A DNA stretch of 48,903 nucleotides from an uncultured Saprospiraceae bacterium (GTDB lineage: Bacteria; Bacteroidota; Bacteroidia; Chitinophagales; Saprospiraceae). Position numbers and translations under genes: made by a program. The stretch spans positions 1 through 48,903 of the forward strand of contig CALCJP010000093.1 in assembly GCA_937967625.1 (NCBI GenBank). The letters run 5' to 3'. Below, piece after piece: positions 1 through 7,537 of this stretch (its first letter is position 1; the number at the start of each line of letters is the position of its first letter). The notes beneath the pieces are model-generated. The model had not been told where the DNA came from. It did not search any database and worked only from the letters and a program-made list of their open reading frames with translations.

Positions 1-1
1 T

Positions 2-412
2 AAAAAAGGCGCGAATGATTACCTGCCGAAACCATTTAATTTAGAAGAGTTTTTGCTACGGGTCAAAAACTTGATTCAGCTCACAAGCAAGTCTCCTGAG
101 AACACGCCTGATCTTTTTCAATTTGGAGATAATCAAATCAACTTCCGCACCTACGAAGCGACGGGGGTTAATGGAAAACTTACCATGACTAAAAGAGAGG
201 TGATGTTATTGAAACTGCTGATTGATAGAAAAAATGAAGTGGTCTCTCGCCAGCAAATTCTCCAATCAGTTTGGGGCTATGATGTTTTTCCTTCTACGCG
301 TACGATTGATAATTTTATTCTTTCCTTTCGGAAATACTTTGAAGCTGACCAACGCAATCCGCAGTTTTTTCATTCAGTGAGAGGAGTGGGGTATAAATTT
401 GTAATGAACTAA
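2..412 (+). CDS. Response regulator, 3' part only (5' end outside window); OmpR/PhoB-type winged-helix output domain
   Basis: Frame is open from nt 2 (KKGANDYLPKPFNLEEFLLRVK looks like the end of a receiver domain). Winged-helix motifs follow: LTMTKREVMLLKLL, RTIDNFI, VRGVGYKF. TAA at 410-412 is followed by a hairpin terminator. Confidence 0.85.
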   Translation, partial: KKGANDYLPKPFNLEEFLLRVKNLIQLTSKSPENTPDLFQFGDNQINFRTYEATGVNGKLTMTKREVMLLKLLIDRKNEVVSRQQILQSVWGYDVFPSTRTIDNFILSFRKYFEADQRNPQFFHSVRGVGYKFVMN

Positions 413-444
413 AAAAGCACTCTGAACTGAACCAGAGTGCTTTT
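411..444. terminator. Bidirectional intrinsic terminator between convergent response regulator and htpG
   Basis: A-run, 8-bp stem gcactctg/cagagtgc (417-440, 8-nt loop), T-run. Confidence 0.75.
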
Positions 445-450
445 AAAGCA

Positions 451-503
451 TCCGATAATTTTAGATTATCGGATAATCAATCACATTTGCCGAAAGGCTA
501 AAA
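451..503. repeat. 9-bp hairpin tccgataat/attatcgga (451-473) plus GNRA mini-hairpin unit catttgcc-GAAA-ggctaaaa (484-503)
   Basis: The 20-mer at 484-503 is identical to 44763-44782. Confidence 0.85.
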
Positions 504-506
504 AAA

Positions 507-2360
507 TTATTTAACCATTTCTAACGACTTGTAGATGAACTCGGTCAAGTCGCTTCCTGTAAGCATATTTTGATGAAGGAGTGCTAAATTGAAGAAGTAC
601 TCCGCCAACTCTCCTTGCTTTTTGCCTTTTGCAGCGAGCAGTTTTTTAGCGACTAAAGGGTGATTCGCATTTACCGTAAGGTTATAAGAATCAGGCATTT
701 CGCCTAAATTCATGCCGTTCATGGCTTGCATTTCTTTCATGCGGCGCATAAACTCAGGACGCGTAATCTGCACTGGCGGCGAATCAGGAGAAAGTGATTT
801 GACTTGAATCGTCACGTTACCTTTTCCTTCTGTCAATTTTTCAAAAACACCTTTTACTTTCTCCTCTTCTTTCTCGTTGAGAACGGACTCTTGCTTTTCA
901 TCTTTTTCAATCAAGTTGTCAATCGTATCTGAATCCACTCGCTTGAATGAAATGTCTTGACGTTTGTATTCCAACTGCTGAATGAAGTGATTGTCAATCA
1001 TGGTGTCGAGTAGCACCACATCATAACCTGCGTCGGTTGCATTCTTAATATAAAGGTCGTGCTGCTCTTTGTTGTTAGTATAAAGGATGATGGTTTTATC
1101 ATACTTATTGGTCTGAGTCGCTTTGATCTTTTCTACATACTCGTCCAATACCGCATACTCATCCTTACAGTTCTGAAGCAAAAGAAATTTTTGCGCCTTT
1201 TCGGCAAATTTCTCGTCAGAGATAAACCCATATTTGACAAATACGCCGAGGTCTTTCCACTTCTCTTCAAATGCATTTCTATCCTTTTTGAAAAGCTCGT
1301 GGAGTTTATCCGCTACTTTTTTAGTGATGTAGCCAGTAATCTTTCGCACGTTGCTGTCACTTTGCAAGTAACTTCGAGATACATTGAGCGGAATGTCAGG
1401 GGAATCAATCACCCCATGCAATAATGTCAGCCATTCAGGTACAATTTCTTTTACATCATCGGTGACATAGACTTGATTGCAATACAACTGAATTTTATTC
1501 CGCTGCACCTCAAACGAGTTGCTCAACTTCGGAAAGTAGAGGATTCCCGTAAGGTTAAATGGATAATCAATATTCAAGTGAATGTGAAACATTGAGTCAC
1601 CACTAAATGGATGTAACTCCTTATAAAAAGACTGATAATCTTCTTCTGAAAGTTCGCTTGGGTTCTTTTTCCAAGCAGGAGTCGGGTTGTTGATGATGTT
1701 ATCAACTTCGGTTTCTACTTTATCATCACCTTCTCCTTCCCATTCTTTGCGCGTTCCGAATTTGATAGGCACTGGTAAGAAGCGGCAATACTTAGTAAGA
1801 AGCTCTTCGATTCTATTTTTATCTAAGAACTCTTTGCCTTCTTCTCCGATATGCAAAACGATATCTGTTCCTCTATCTTTCTTTTTAATGTCTGCCAATT
1901 CATATTCAGGCGAACCAGTGCAAGTCCATTGAACTGCTTTTGATTTTGGGCGCCATGACTTTGTGTTGACCTCTACTTTATCTGCAACCATAAAAGCAGA
2001 ATAGAAGCCCAAACCGAAATGACCAATGATACTTGCATCATCTTTAAACTTATCCAACCACTCGCTCGCACTCGAAAAAGCAATCTGATTAAGGTATTTC
2101 AGAACTTCTTCTTCAGACATCCCGATACCTTTGTCACGAATCGTAAGTGTTTTTGCCTCTTCATTTAAAATGATTTCGAGAGTCGTATCTCCGATTTCAT
2201 TTTTTAGTTCGCCTTTATTGGCTAATAATTTCAATTTAGTAGTCGCATCAATAGCATTTGCGATAAGCTCTCTAAGAAAAATTTCCTGGTCAGCGTACAG
2301 GAATTTCTTGATAATTGGAAAGATATTTTCCGTTTGTACTGATATGTTACCCTTTTGCAT
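507..2360 (-). CDS. htpG: Molecular chaperone HtpG (Hsp90 family)
   Basis: 617-aa ORF with GHKL ATPase motifs (FLRELIANAIDA, IGHFGLGFYSAFMVA) and full-length middle and C-terminal Hsp90 regions. ATG at 2358-2360. Confidence 0.95.
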   Translation of the reverse strand: MQKGNISVQTENIFPIIKKFLYADQEIFLRELIANAIDATTKLKLLANKGELKNEIGDTTLEIILNEEAKTLTIRDKGIGMSEEEVLKYLNQIAFSSASEWLDKFKDDASIIGHFGLGFYSAFMVADKVEVNTKSWRPKSKAVQWTCTGSPEYELADIKKKDRGTDIVLHIGEEGKEFLDKNRIEELLTKYCRFLPVPIKFGTRKEWEGEGDDKVETEVDNIINNPTPAWKKNPSELSEEDYQSFYKELHPFSGDSMFHIHLNIDYPFNLTGILYFPKLSNSFEVQRNKIQLYCNQVYVTDDVKEIVPEWLTLLHGVIDSPDIPLNVSRSYLQSDSNVRKITGYITKKVADKLHELFKKDRNAFEEKWKDLGVFVKYGFISDEKFAEKAQKFLLLQNCKDEYAVLDEYVEKIKATQTNKYDKTIILYTNNKEQHDLYIKNATDAGYDVVLLDTMIDNHFIQQLEYKRQDISFKRVDSDTIDNLIEKDEKQESVLNEKEEEKVKGVFEKLTEGKGNVTIQVKSLSPDSPPVQITRPEFMRRMKEMQAMNGMNLGEMPDSYNLTVNANHPLVAKKLLAAKGKKQGELAEYFFNLALLHQNMLTGSDLTEFIYKSLEMVK

Positions 2361-2425
2361 GAGTTATTTTAATTTTTTCTAATAAATACACAAGTCAATT
2401 TTTTCAATTGATGTGCCACTGCTTT

Positions 2426-2449
2426 TTGACTGACAAATTGACTGACAAA
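2426..2449. repeat. Perfect tandem 12-mer ttgactgacaaa x2 in the htpG upstream region
   Basis: 2426-2437 is identical to 2438-2449. It lies 66-89 nt upstream of the htpG ATG; an inverted ttgact copy sits at 2391-2398. Confidence 0.8.
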
Positions 2450-2498
2450 GAGGCGGTTAAATTCAATAGATTTCTTTAATGCTAAGCAACATATTAAT

Positions 2499-2514
2499 TT
2501 TTCCTTTCGGAAAA
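2499..2514. repeat. Mini-hairpin ttttcc-TTTC-ggaaaa (inverted GAAA unit)
   Basis: 6-bp perfect stem in the htpG upstream spacer. Confidence 0.8.
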
Positions 2515-2872
2515 TGCGCTTTACGATGTCACAAAAAGTGCAATTATTGGAAAAACAATGCCTGCATTCCCCATAGATTTGTGTCGTTATTTAGATGAGG
2601 AAGCAAACACATAGAAAAAGATTTATGCCTCAGTTGTGCTAATATAGTTTTGCCCCCAAAGACACTATATTATTTTCTTACAGAATTTTATTTGGCACAG
2701 TTTTGGTCATTTTCCTATGTAAATAAAAGAAGGGCTTTACAAAATTTTCCCCACCGATTTTTCCTTCCCTTCCTAATTCATTTAAAACATCCCTATACCG
2801 TAAAGAGGTGTCAATTGACATTTCGAAAAAGAACTTTGATTAATATAATCCTTAATGCATGTATTTGTATGC

Positions 2873-2886
2873 ATTTCGAAAGAAGT
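2873..2886. repeat. Mini-hairpin atttc-GAAA-gaagt
   Basis: 5-bp stem with one G:U. Confidence 0.55.
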
Positions 2887-2910
2887 CGAGAGTCAGAAGT
2901 GGCTTGAGAC

Positions 2911-2966
2911 AGTGAGTGAGACCAGTTCATTTGGGGGGTAGAGCTGGTCTTAAACTCACTTTTTTT
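2911..2966 (+). terminator. Plus-strand intrinsic terminator with no credible upstream CDS
   Basis: Outer stem agtgagt/actcact, inner stem agaccagttc/gagctggtct (G:U allowed), then T7 (2960-2966). Confidence 0.6.
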
Positions 2967-3176
2967 AAAAATCAGATCCTTAAACATATCATAAAGGGCG
3001 TAAGAATTAATTTTCTTGCGCCCTTTTTCTATTCTCAAGGACATTACGGTCAGTTGATTCTCTATGGCTCGAGACATTTCAGAATTAAATAACTTACCTT
3101 TGCGACTGAAAAACTTACCCACCTTCAAAATCCCACTCAAATTTATTTTTCCAGAACGAACATATCTGCTTCTTTT

Positions 3177-6167
3177 ATGAAAACCATAAGTCTGACACTA
3201 TTAGCACTCTTTATACATGTTTTGGCTTTCAGTCAAATAATTTATGTCAAACAAAATGGAACAGGCAACGGAGACTCTTGGGCAACTGCATTAGGAGACT
3301 TACAGACTGCCTTACAAAATGTGCAATTTGGAGAAGAAATTTGGGTTGCCACAGGTAATTATAAGCCCACAGTTTGCACAGTATGTGGAGAGCCTGAAAG
3401 AAACCTTCCTTTTACTGTCCCCAATGGAGTCAAATTATATGGAGGTTTTGTGGGGACTGAATCTGCAGTGGACGAAAGAAATATCTCTCAAAACTTAACC
3501 ATATTAAGCGGTGATATAGATAATGACAATACTTTAGCAAATAATTCCTACACAATAGTCTATACCGAAAATGTTTCTAATCAAACGGTAATTGATGGAT
3601 TCACCATTCAACAAGGCAACGCCGATTTTCCTAATGCAGCAGCTGGAGATAGACATACAAGTGGAGCAGGTTTTTTCAATAAAGGAGAGCAGGCAACTTT
3701 CGAATCTCATCCAATCATCAGAAACTGCATTTTTGCTCAAAACTATGCCGTTGGCTTAGGTGGTGCCTTCTATTCGAATGGAGGTTTTAGTGGAAAAACT
3801 ACACCTGTCTTTGAGAATGTTTCTTTTGAGAATAATGCTGCAAAGGGTGATGGAGGGGCATTTTACGGCTATGGCAGTTTTAGCGGTCTCTGTAATCCTG
3901 AATTTAGAAACTGCCTATTTGTAAATAATAAATCAGAAGAAGGAAATGGTGGAGCCATCGCAAATTCTGGCGCAGAGCAAGGAGTTGTAAACGCCATTAT
4001 AGAAGATTGTCAGTTTGAACTAAATGAAGCTTTTAATAAAGGAGGTGCTCTTTATAGTTTTGGAAAAACTGGACAAGCGAATCCTCGAATAAAAAGATGT
4101 ACGCTCATATTTAACACTGCAAAAGATGGAGGTGCGATTTATTCTGACGGAAGTTTCTCAGGTAGTGCTGTGCCTGTTTTTGAAAATTCATTTTTTGAGA
4201 ATAATTCATCTACTGAATCAGGAGGAGCCTTCGAAGGCGACGGTTCTTTTGAAGGAGTGAGTAGTCCCGTGTTTAAAAATTGCCGATTTTTCAAAAACAG
4301 TTCCACGAATAGACATGGCGGAGCTATTGCGAATTCAGGAACTGCCGGAGGAACGGCTCATGCTAAGATAGAAGATTGTGAGTTTGAGGGAAATGAGGCG
4401 AAAGTGAACGGAGGTGCTTTATTTAATTTTGGAAATAATGGACATAGCAATCCAATTGTAAAAAGATGTTTGTTTAGAAAAAATTTGGCGGAAGAGGGTG
4501 GAGCTATTTATTCTGATGCGAGTTTTTCAGGAGAAAGTAGTCCAGCAGTTTCTGATTCTGAGTTTATAGAGAACGAAGTGATTGGAGATGGCGGAGCTAT
4601 TTACAACTCAGCTTCAGGAGGTGGTCTTTCTCAAGGAGTATTCGAAAGATGTCTTTTTGAAAATAATAAATGTGCTAACGCCGGAGGAGCAATATTGAAC
4701 AATGGGGCGGATGGCAACTGTCGCTCAAAGTTTTCAAATTGTGAGTTTATTAGGAACAGCACCCCAAATTATGGCGCTGCAATGTATAATATTGGAAACA
4801 GCGGGCGCTGTAATCCAGAAATATATAATTGCCTTTTCGCAAAAAACAGAGCGTTCTCTGCCGGAGCTATCTATAATTTAGGATCCAGTTACGGAGAAAG
4901 TAGCCCATTGATTACCAACTGTACATTCTTTAAAAATTCTGCTGAAGTTGGCAGTACTATATATTGCAATGCAACCGATTCGACAGGTTTGAGTGCGCCA
5001 ATTATTACGAACTCTGTTTTTTATGAAAACTTTGCACCCACAGGTCGTGTCTTTAGACTGATTTATGGAAAACCTACGGTAAGTTACTGTTCATTTGACA
5101 TTGATGATTGTTCCATTTTGAATGATGGAATAAATGGGGATGTAAATTGTGGTGATGGATTGATATTCACAAATGAGTTGTTGTTTGAAGACACACTGAG
5201 TCAACATTATAATCTAAAGGCAGGAACTTCGATTATTGATGCAGGAAACAGTCAAGCTACCCAAGCTGCTAATATCCAGTTTGACTTAGATGGCAATCCA
5301 CGAATCGTTAACTCAGTAGTGGATTACGGGGCTTTTGAATACAGTAGTGGCGTAGTGCCACCTCCAACAATTATTGAAAATCCACAATCAGAAAATCTTT
5401 GTGAAGGAGCAAGTCATTCGTTGAGTTTAGAAGTTGATAATTTAACCAACGTAACGTTTCAGTGGAAAAAAGATGATGCACCTATCGCCGGAGCTGTCAA
5501 TAAAGAATTGATATTTAATTCAATAAATTTAGCTGATAGGGGGGAGTACACCTGTCTGGTGTCTAACCAGAGTAGTTCGGTAGAAAGTGCCGCGGCGACT
5601 ATTTCTGTAACTGAAAATCTATCACTTGAAATTGAAATTATTCACCCCGACACAGTTATTTGTGAAGGCGAAGAAGTAAGTTTTGAGGCAAATATAAATT
5701 TTCCAGGAATGAATCCAGTTTTTGAGTGGAGTATTAATGGACAATCAATTCCTAACTCTAATGACTCAACTTTCACGTCAAGTGAATTACTTAATACAGA
5801 ACAAATCAGATGCACTTTTCTTTCTTCTGAAAGATGTGTAGTTGAAAATCCAATAATTTCGGATCCAATAATTATTGAAACGAAAGACTGTAGTGTAGGC
5901 ACCAGTTCAGTCTTCAAAAGCAATTCAGTAATAATCTATCCGAATCCAGTAAAAGATCACCTCAATATCTCTATTAAAACCCTTGCCCAAGGAGGAGTTG
6001 TCAAAATTTATAATATGCAAGGCAGCGAATTAGCCAGCCAAAAAGTTATAAAGAACGATATCTCAAGAGAATTAATTTTTGATATTAAAGACTACCCAAC
6101 CGGAGCTTATTCGATTCAAATTATCGACGGATTGCTCTCCTCCACTAAGCTTTTTATAAAAAAATAG
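3177..6167 (+). CDS. Secreted right-handed beta-helix protein with Pmp-type (GGAxY) coils, Ig-like domains and a T9SS type A C-terminal sorting domain
   Basis: Signal peptide MKTISLTLLALFIHVLAFSQ. Beta-helix start IYVKQNGTGNGDSW..IWVATGNY. About 14 repeated F.NN.A..GGAIY units. Ig I-set-like TFQWKKDD..GEYTCLVSN. The C-terminus IIYPNPVKDHLNISI..GAYSIQIIDG..LFIKK matches the Por_Secre_tail pattern. Confidence 0.85.
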   Translation: MKTISLTLLALFIHVLAFSQIIYVKQNGTGNGDSWATALGDLQTALQNVQFGEEIWVATGNYKPTVCTVCGEPERNLPFTVPNGVKLYGGFVGTESAVDERNISQNLTILSGDIDNDNTLANNSYTIVYTENVSNQTVIDGFTIQQGNADFPNAAAGDRHTSGAGFFNKGEQATFESHPIIRNCIFAQNYAVGLGGAFYSNGGFSGKTTPVFENVSFENNAAKGDGGAFYGYGSFSGLCNPEFRNCLFVNNKSEEGNGGAIANSGAEQGVVNAIIEDCQFELNEAFNKGGALYSFGKTGQANPRIKRCTLIFNTAKDGGAIYSDGSFSGSAVPVFENSFFENNSSTESGGAFEGDGSFEGVSSPVFKNCRFFKNSSTNRHGGAIANSGTAGGTAHAKIEDCEFEGNEAKVNGGALFNFGNNGHSNPIVKRCLFRKNLAEEGGAIYSDASFSGESSPAVSDSEFIENEVIGDGGAIYNSASGGGLSQGVFERCLFENNKCANAGGAILNNGADGNCRSKFSNCEFIRNSTPNYGAAMYNIGNSGRCNPEIYNCLFAKNRAFSAGAIYNLGSSYGESSPLITNCTFFKNSAEVGSTIYCNATDSTGLSAPIITNSVFYENFAPTGRVFRLIYGKPTVSYCSFDIDDCSILNDGINGDVNCGDGLIFTNELLFEDTLSQHYNLKAGTSIIDAGNSQATQAANIQFDLDGNPRIVNSVVDYGAFEYSSGVVPPPTIIENPQSENLCEGASHSLSLEVDNLTNVTFQWKKDDAPIAGAVNKELIFNSINLADRGEYTCLVSNQSSSVESAAATISVTENLSLEIEIIHPDTVICEGEEVSFEANINFPGMNPVFEWSINGQSIPNSNDSTFTSSELLNTEQIRCTFLSSERCVVENPIISDPIIIETKDCSVGTSSVFKSNSVIIYPNPVKDHLNISIKTLAQGGVVKIYNMQGSELASQKVIKNDISRELIFDIKDYPTGAYSIQIIDGLLSSTKLFIKK

Positions 6168-6230
6168 TTAGAGGATTCCCCATATCTTATTCCCCTACAA
6201 TGTGATATATATAATAATAATTTGTTATTA

Positions 6231-6238
6231 TATTTTTG
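6231..6238 (+). promoter_or_regulatory. Candidate Bacteroidota -7 box (TAnnTTTG) upstream of the PorP/SprF-like gene
   Basis: tatttttg, about 100 nt upstream of the start. Motif match only. Confidence 0.3.
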
Positions 6239-6341
6239 CAAATAGATAACTTCCTCCCAAAAAGCGCTATTTTCGCGCCAAATTGGCTTGAATTTAGTAT
6301 TCCGTTATTAACCGATTTCCAAAAACAATAATTCCTACAAG

Positions 6342-7379
6342 TTGAAACTTAGATTATTACTCCCGATCTATTTGGTATTCTTGACCTATATCTGTAATGC
6401 TCAAGACATCCATTTTACTCAGCACTACAACACACCTCAAGCGGTCTCTCCTGCACTCACAGGTATTTTCAATGGAGATCAACGCTTTATAGCTGCTTAC
6501 AGAGGTCAATGGTATTCTGCTGACGCACCCTATACGACCTTTCATGGGGCTTTTGACCAGAAATATTATAGCAGAAAACTCAAAAAAGCCTTCATGGGCT
6601 ATGGTGGTTCAATTTTCTATGATAGAGCTGGTGACTCTCGATTGTCACACATGGTAATCAACCTGTCTGGGTCGTACTCTTACTTAATTGATCCAGAAAA
6701 TATTATCACAGGCGGTTTGATGCTTGGATTAGGTCAGCGCTCATTCAATTTTGATGACCTGACTTGGGCTAATCAATATACGGATCAGTTTGATCCGTCC
6801 AATGACCCTCGTGAGAACTCATTAAATGAAAACGGAGGCATCTACCCCGACTTTGCCTTGGGAATCAATTATCGAGCACAAAAAGCCAAAGACGATAACA
6901 ATAAAAGAAATAGATCTCGCCTTGACATAGGAGCATCGATACATCATCTACATAGACCTAATCAAAGTTTTTCCGATCAAGGAGAAAGTGTTTTGCAACC
7001 TCGTGCTAATGTTTATCTGAACCAACTACTTCAAGTTAATAAAGACCTTGATTTATACTGGAATGGTTTAGCTCAATTTCAGGATAAATACTTCGAAGGA
7101 GTTGTTGGAGCAGGTGGACGCTTTCATTTGAGTCATCGAAGAGGTCGCGAACTTGCCATTCAAGCAGGATTAGCGTGGCGTCTAAATGAAATAAGTGATG
7201 CCGCTATTTTAGCAGCAGAACTTCATTATCAATATTGGCGATTTGGATTCAGCTATGACTTTAACGTCTCACAATATAGAACCGCGTCTAACCGATTCGG
7301 AGGTCCAGAAGTAACACTTCGTTACATCATTAAATTCGTAGATCCAGTTCCGGTATTCCGAATTTGCCCAATTATCTAA
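6342..7379 (+). CDS. PorP/SprF family type IX secretion system membrane protein
   Basis: Signal peptide followed by QDIHFTQHYNTPQAVSPALTG..YRGQW..DAPYTT, the characteristic N-terminal pattern of PorP/SprF proteins. The only in-frame start is TTG 6342, so the start is provisional. Confidence 0.8.
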   Translation: MKLRLLLPIYLVFLTYICNAQDIHFTQHYNTPQAVSPALTGIFNGDQRFIAAYRGQWYSADAPYTTFHGAFDQKYYSRKLKKAFMGYGGSIFYDRAGDSRLSHMVINLSGSYSYLIDPENIITGGLMLGLGQRSFNFDDLTWANQYTDQFDPSNDPRENSLNENGGIYPDFALGINYRAQKAKDDNNKRNRSRLDIGASIHHLHRPNQSFSDQGESVLQPRANVYLNQLLQVNKDLDLYWNGLAQFQDKYFEGVVGAGGRFHLSHRRGRELAIQAGLAWRLNEISDAAILAAELHYQYWRFGFSYDFNVSQYRTASNRFGGPEVTLRYIIKFVDPVPVFRICPII

Positions 7380-7414
7380 TAAGAACCACTCAGTCATAAA
7401 GACCGAATTGATTG

Positions 7415-7424
7415 CCCTTACGGG
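7415..7424. repeat. Mini-hairpin ccc-TTAC-ggg (inverted GTAA unit)
   Basis: 3-bp GC stem with partial T/A clamp (ttgccc..gggaaa). Confidence 0.5.
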
Positions 7425-7537
7425 AAATGTGGTTGTATAAACTTAGAGCAGTAGGAAAGATTAAAGACCGCAATCAAATTTCGTCTTTACAATTAATTTG
7501 AAAATAAATTAACTCCCTTGTTGTAAAAGGCGTTGAC

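Noticed and set aside
1059-1424. ORFs of 60-160 aa overlapping recognised genes on the opposite strand or in another frame. Examples: 1059-1424, 1687-1932, 2131-2382 in htpG; 20569-20892 in atpG; 27346-27687 in the DUF5916-type gene; 34968-35300 and 37251-37610 in sucA; 40539-40910 in batA; 43880-44272 in phoH; 44169-44657 in gpx; 47203-47568 in ricT.
   Set aside because: Each lies inside a CDS with strong family-level motifs. Their sequences are unprotein-like (Ser/Leu/Arg-rich, many non-ATG starts) with no recognisable domains.
2650-3140. ORFs 2650-2907 (+, 85 aa) and 2811-3140 (-, 109 aa) in the htpG upstream spacer
   Set aside because: Both start at TTG, overlap each other, have odd composition and no motifs I recognise. 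The minus-strand ORF reads through a strong plus-strand terminator hairpin. I kept only the possible-ncRNA region as a finding.
6201-6238. AT-only palindrome ataataa-tttg-ttattat upstream of the PorP/SprF-like gene as a regulatory hairpin
   Set aside because: It is pure A/T low-complexity sequence, is thermodynamically weak, and overlaps the candidate -7 box. It cannot be distinguished from promoter-region AT richness.
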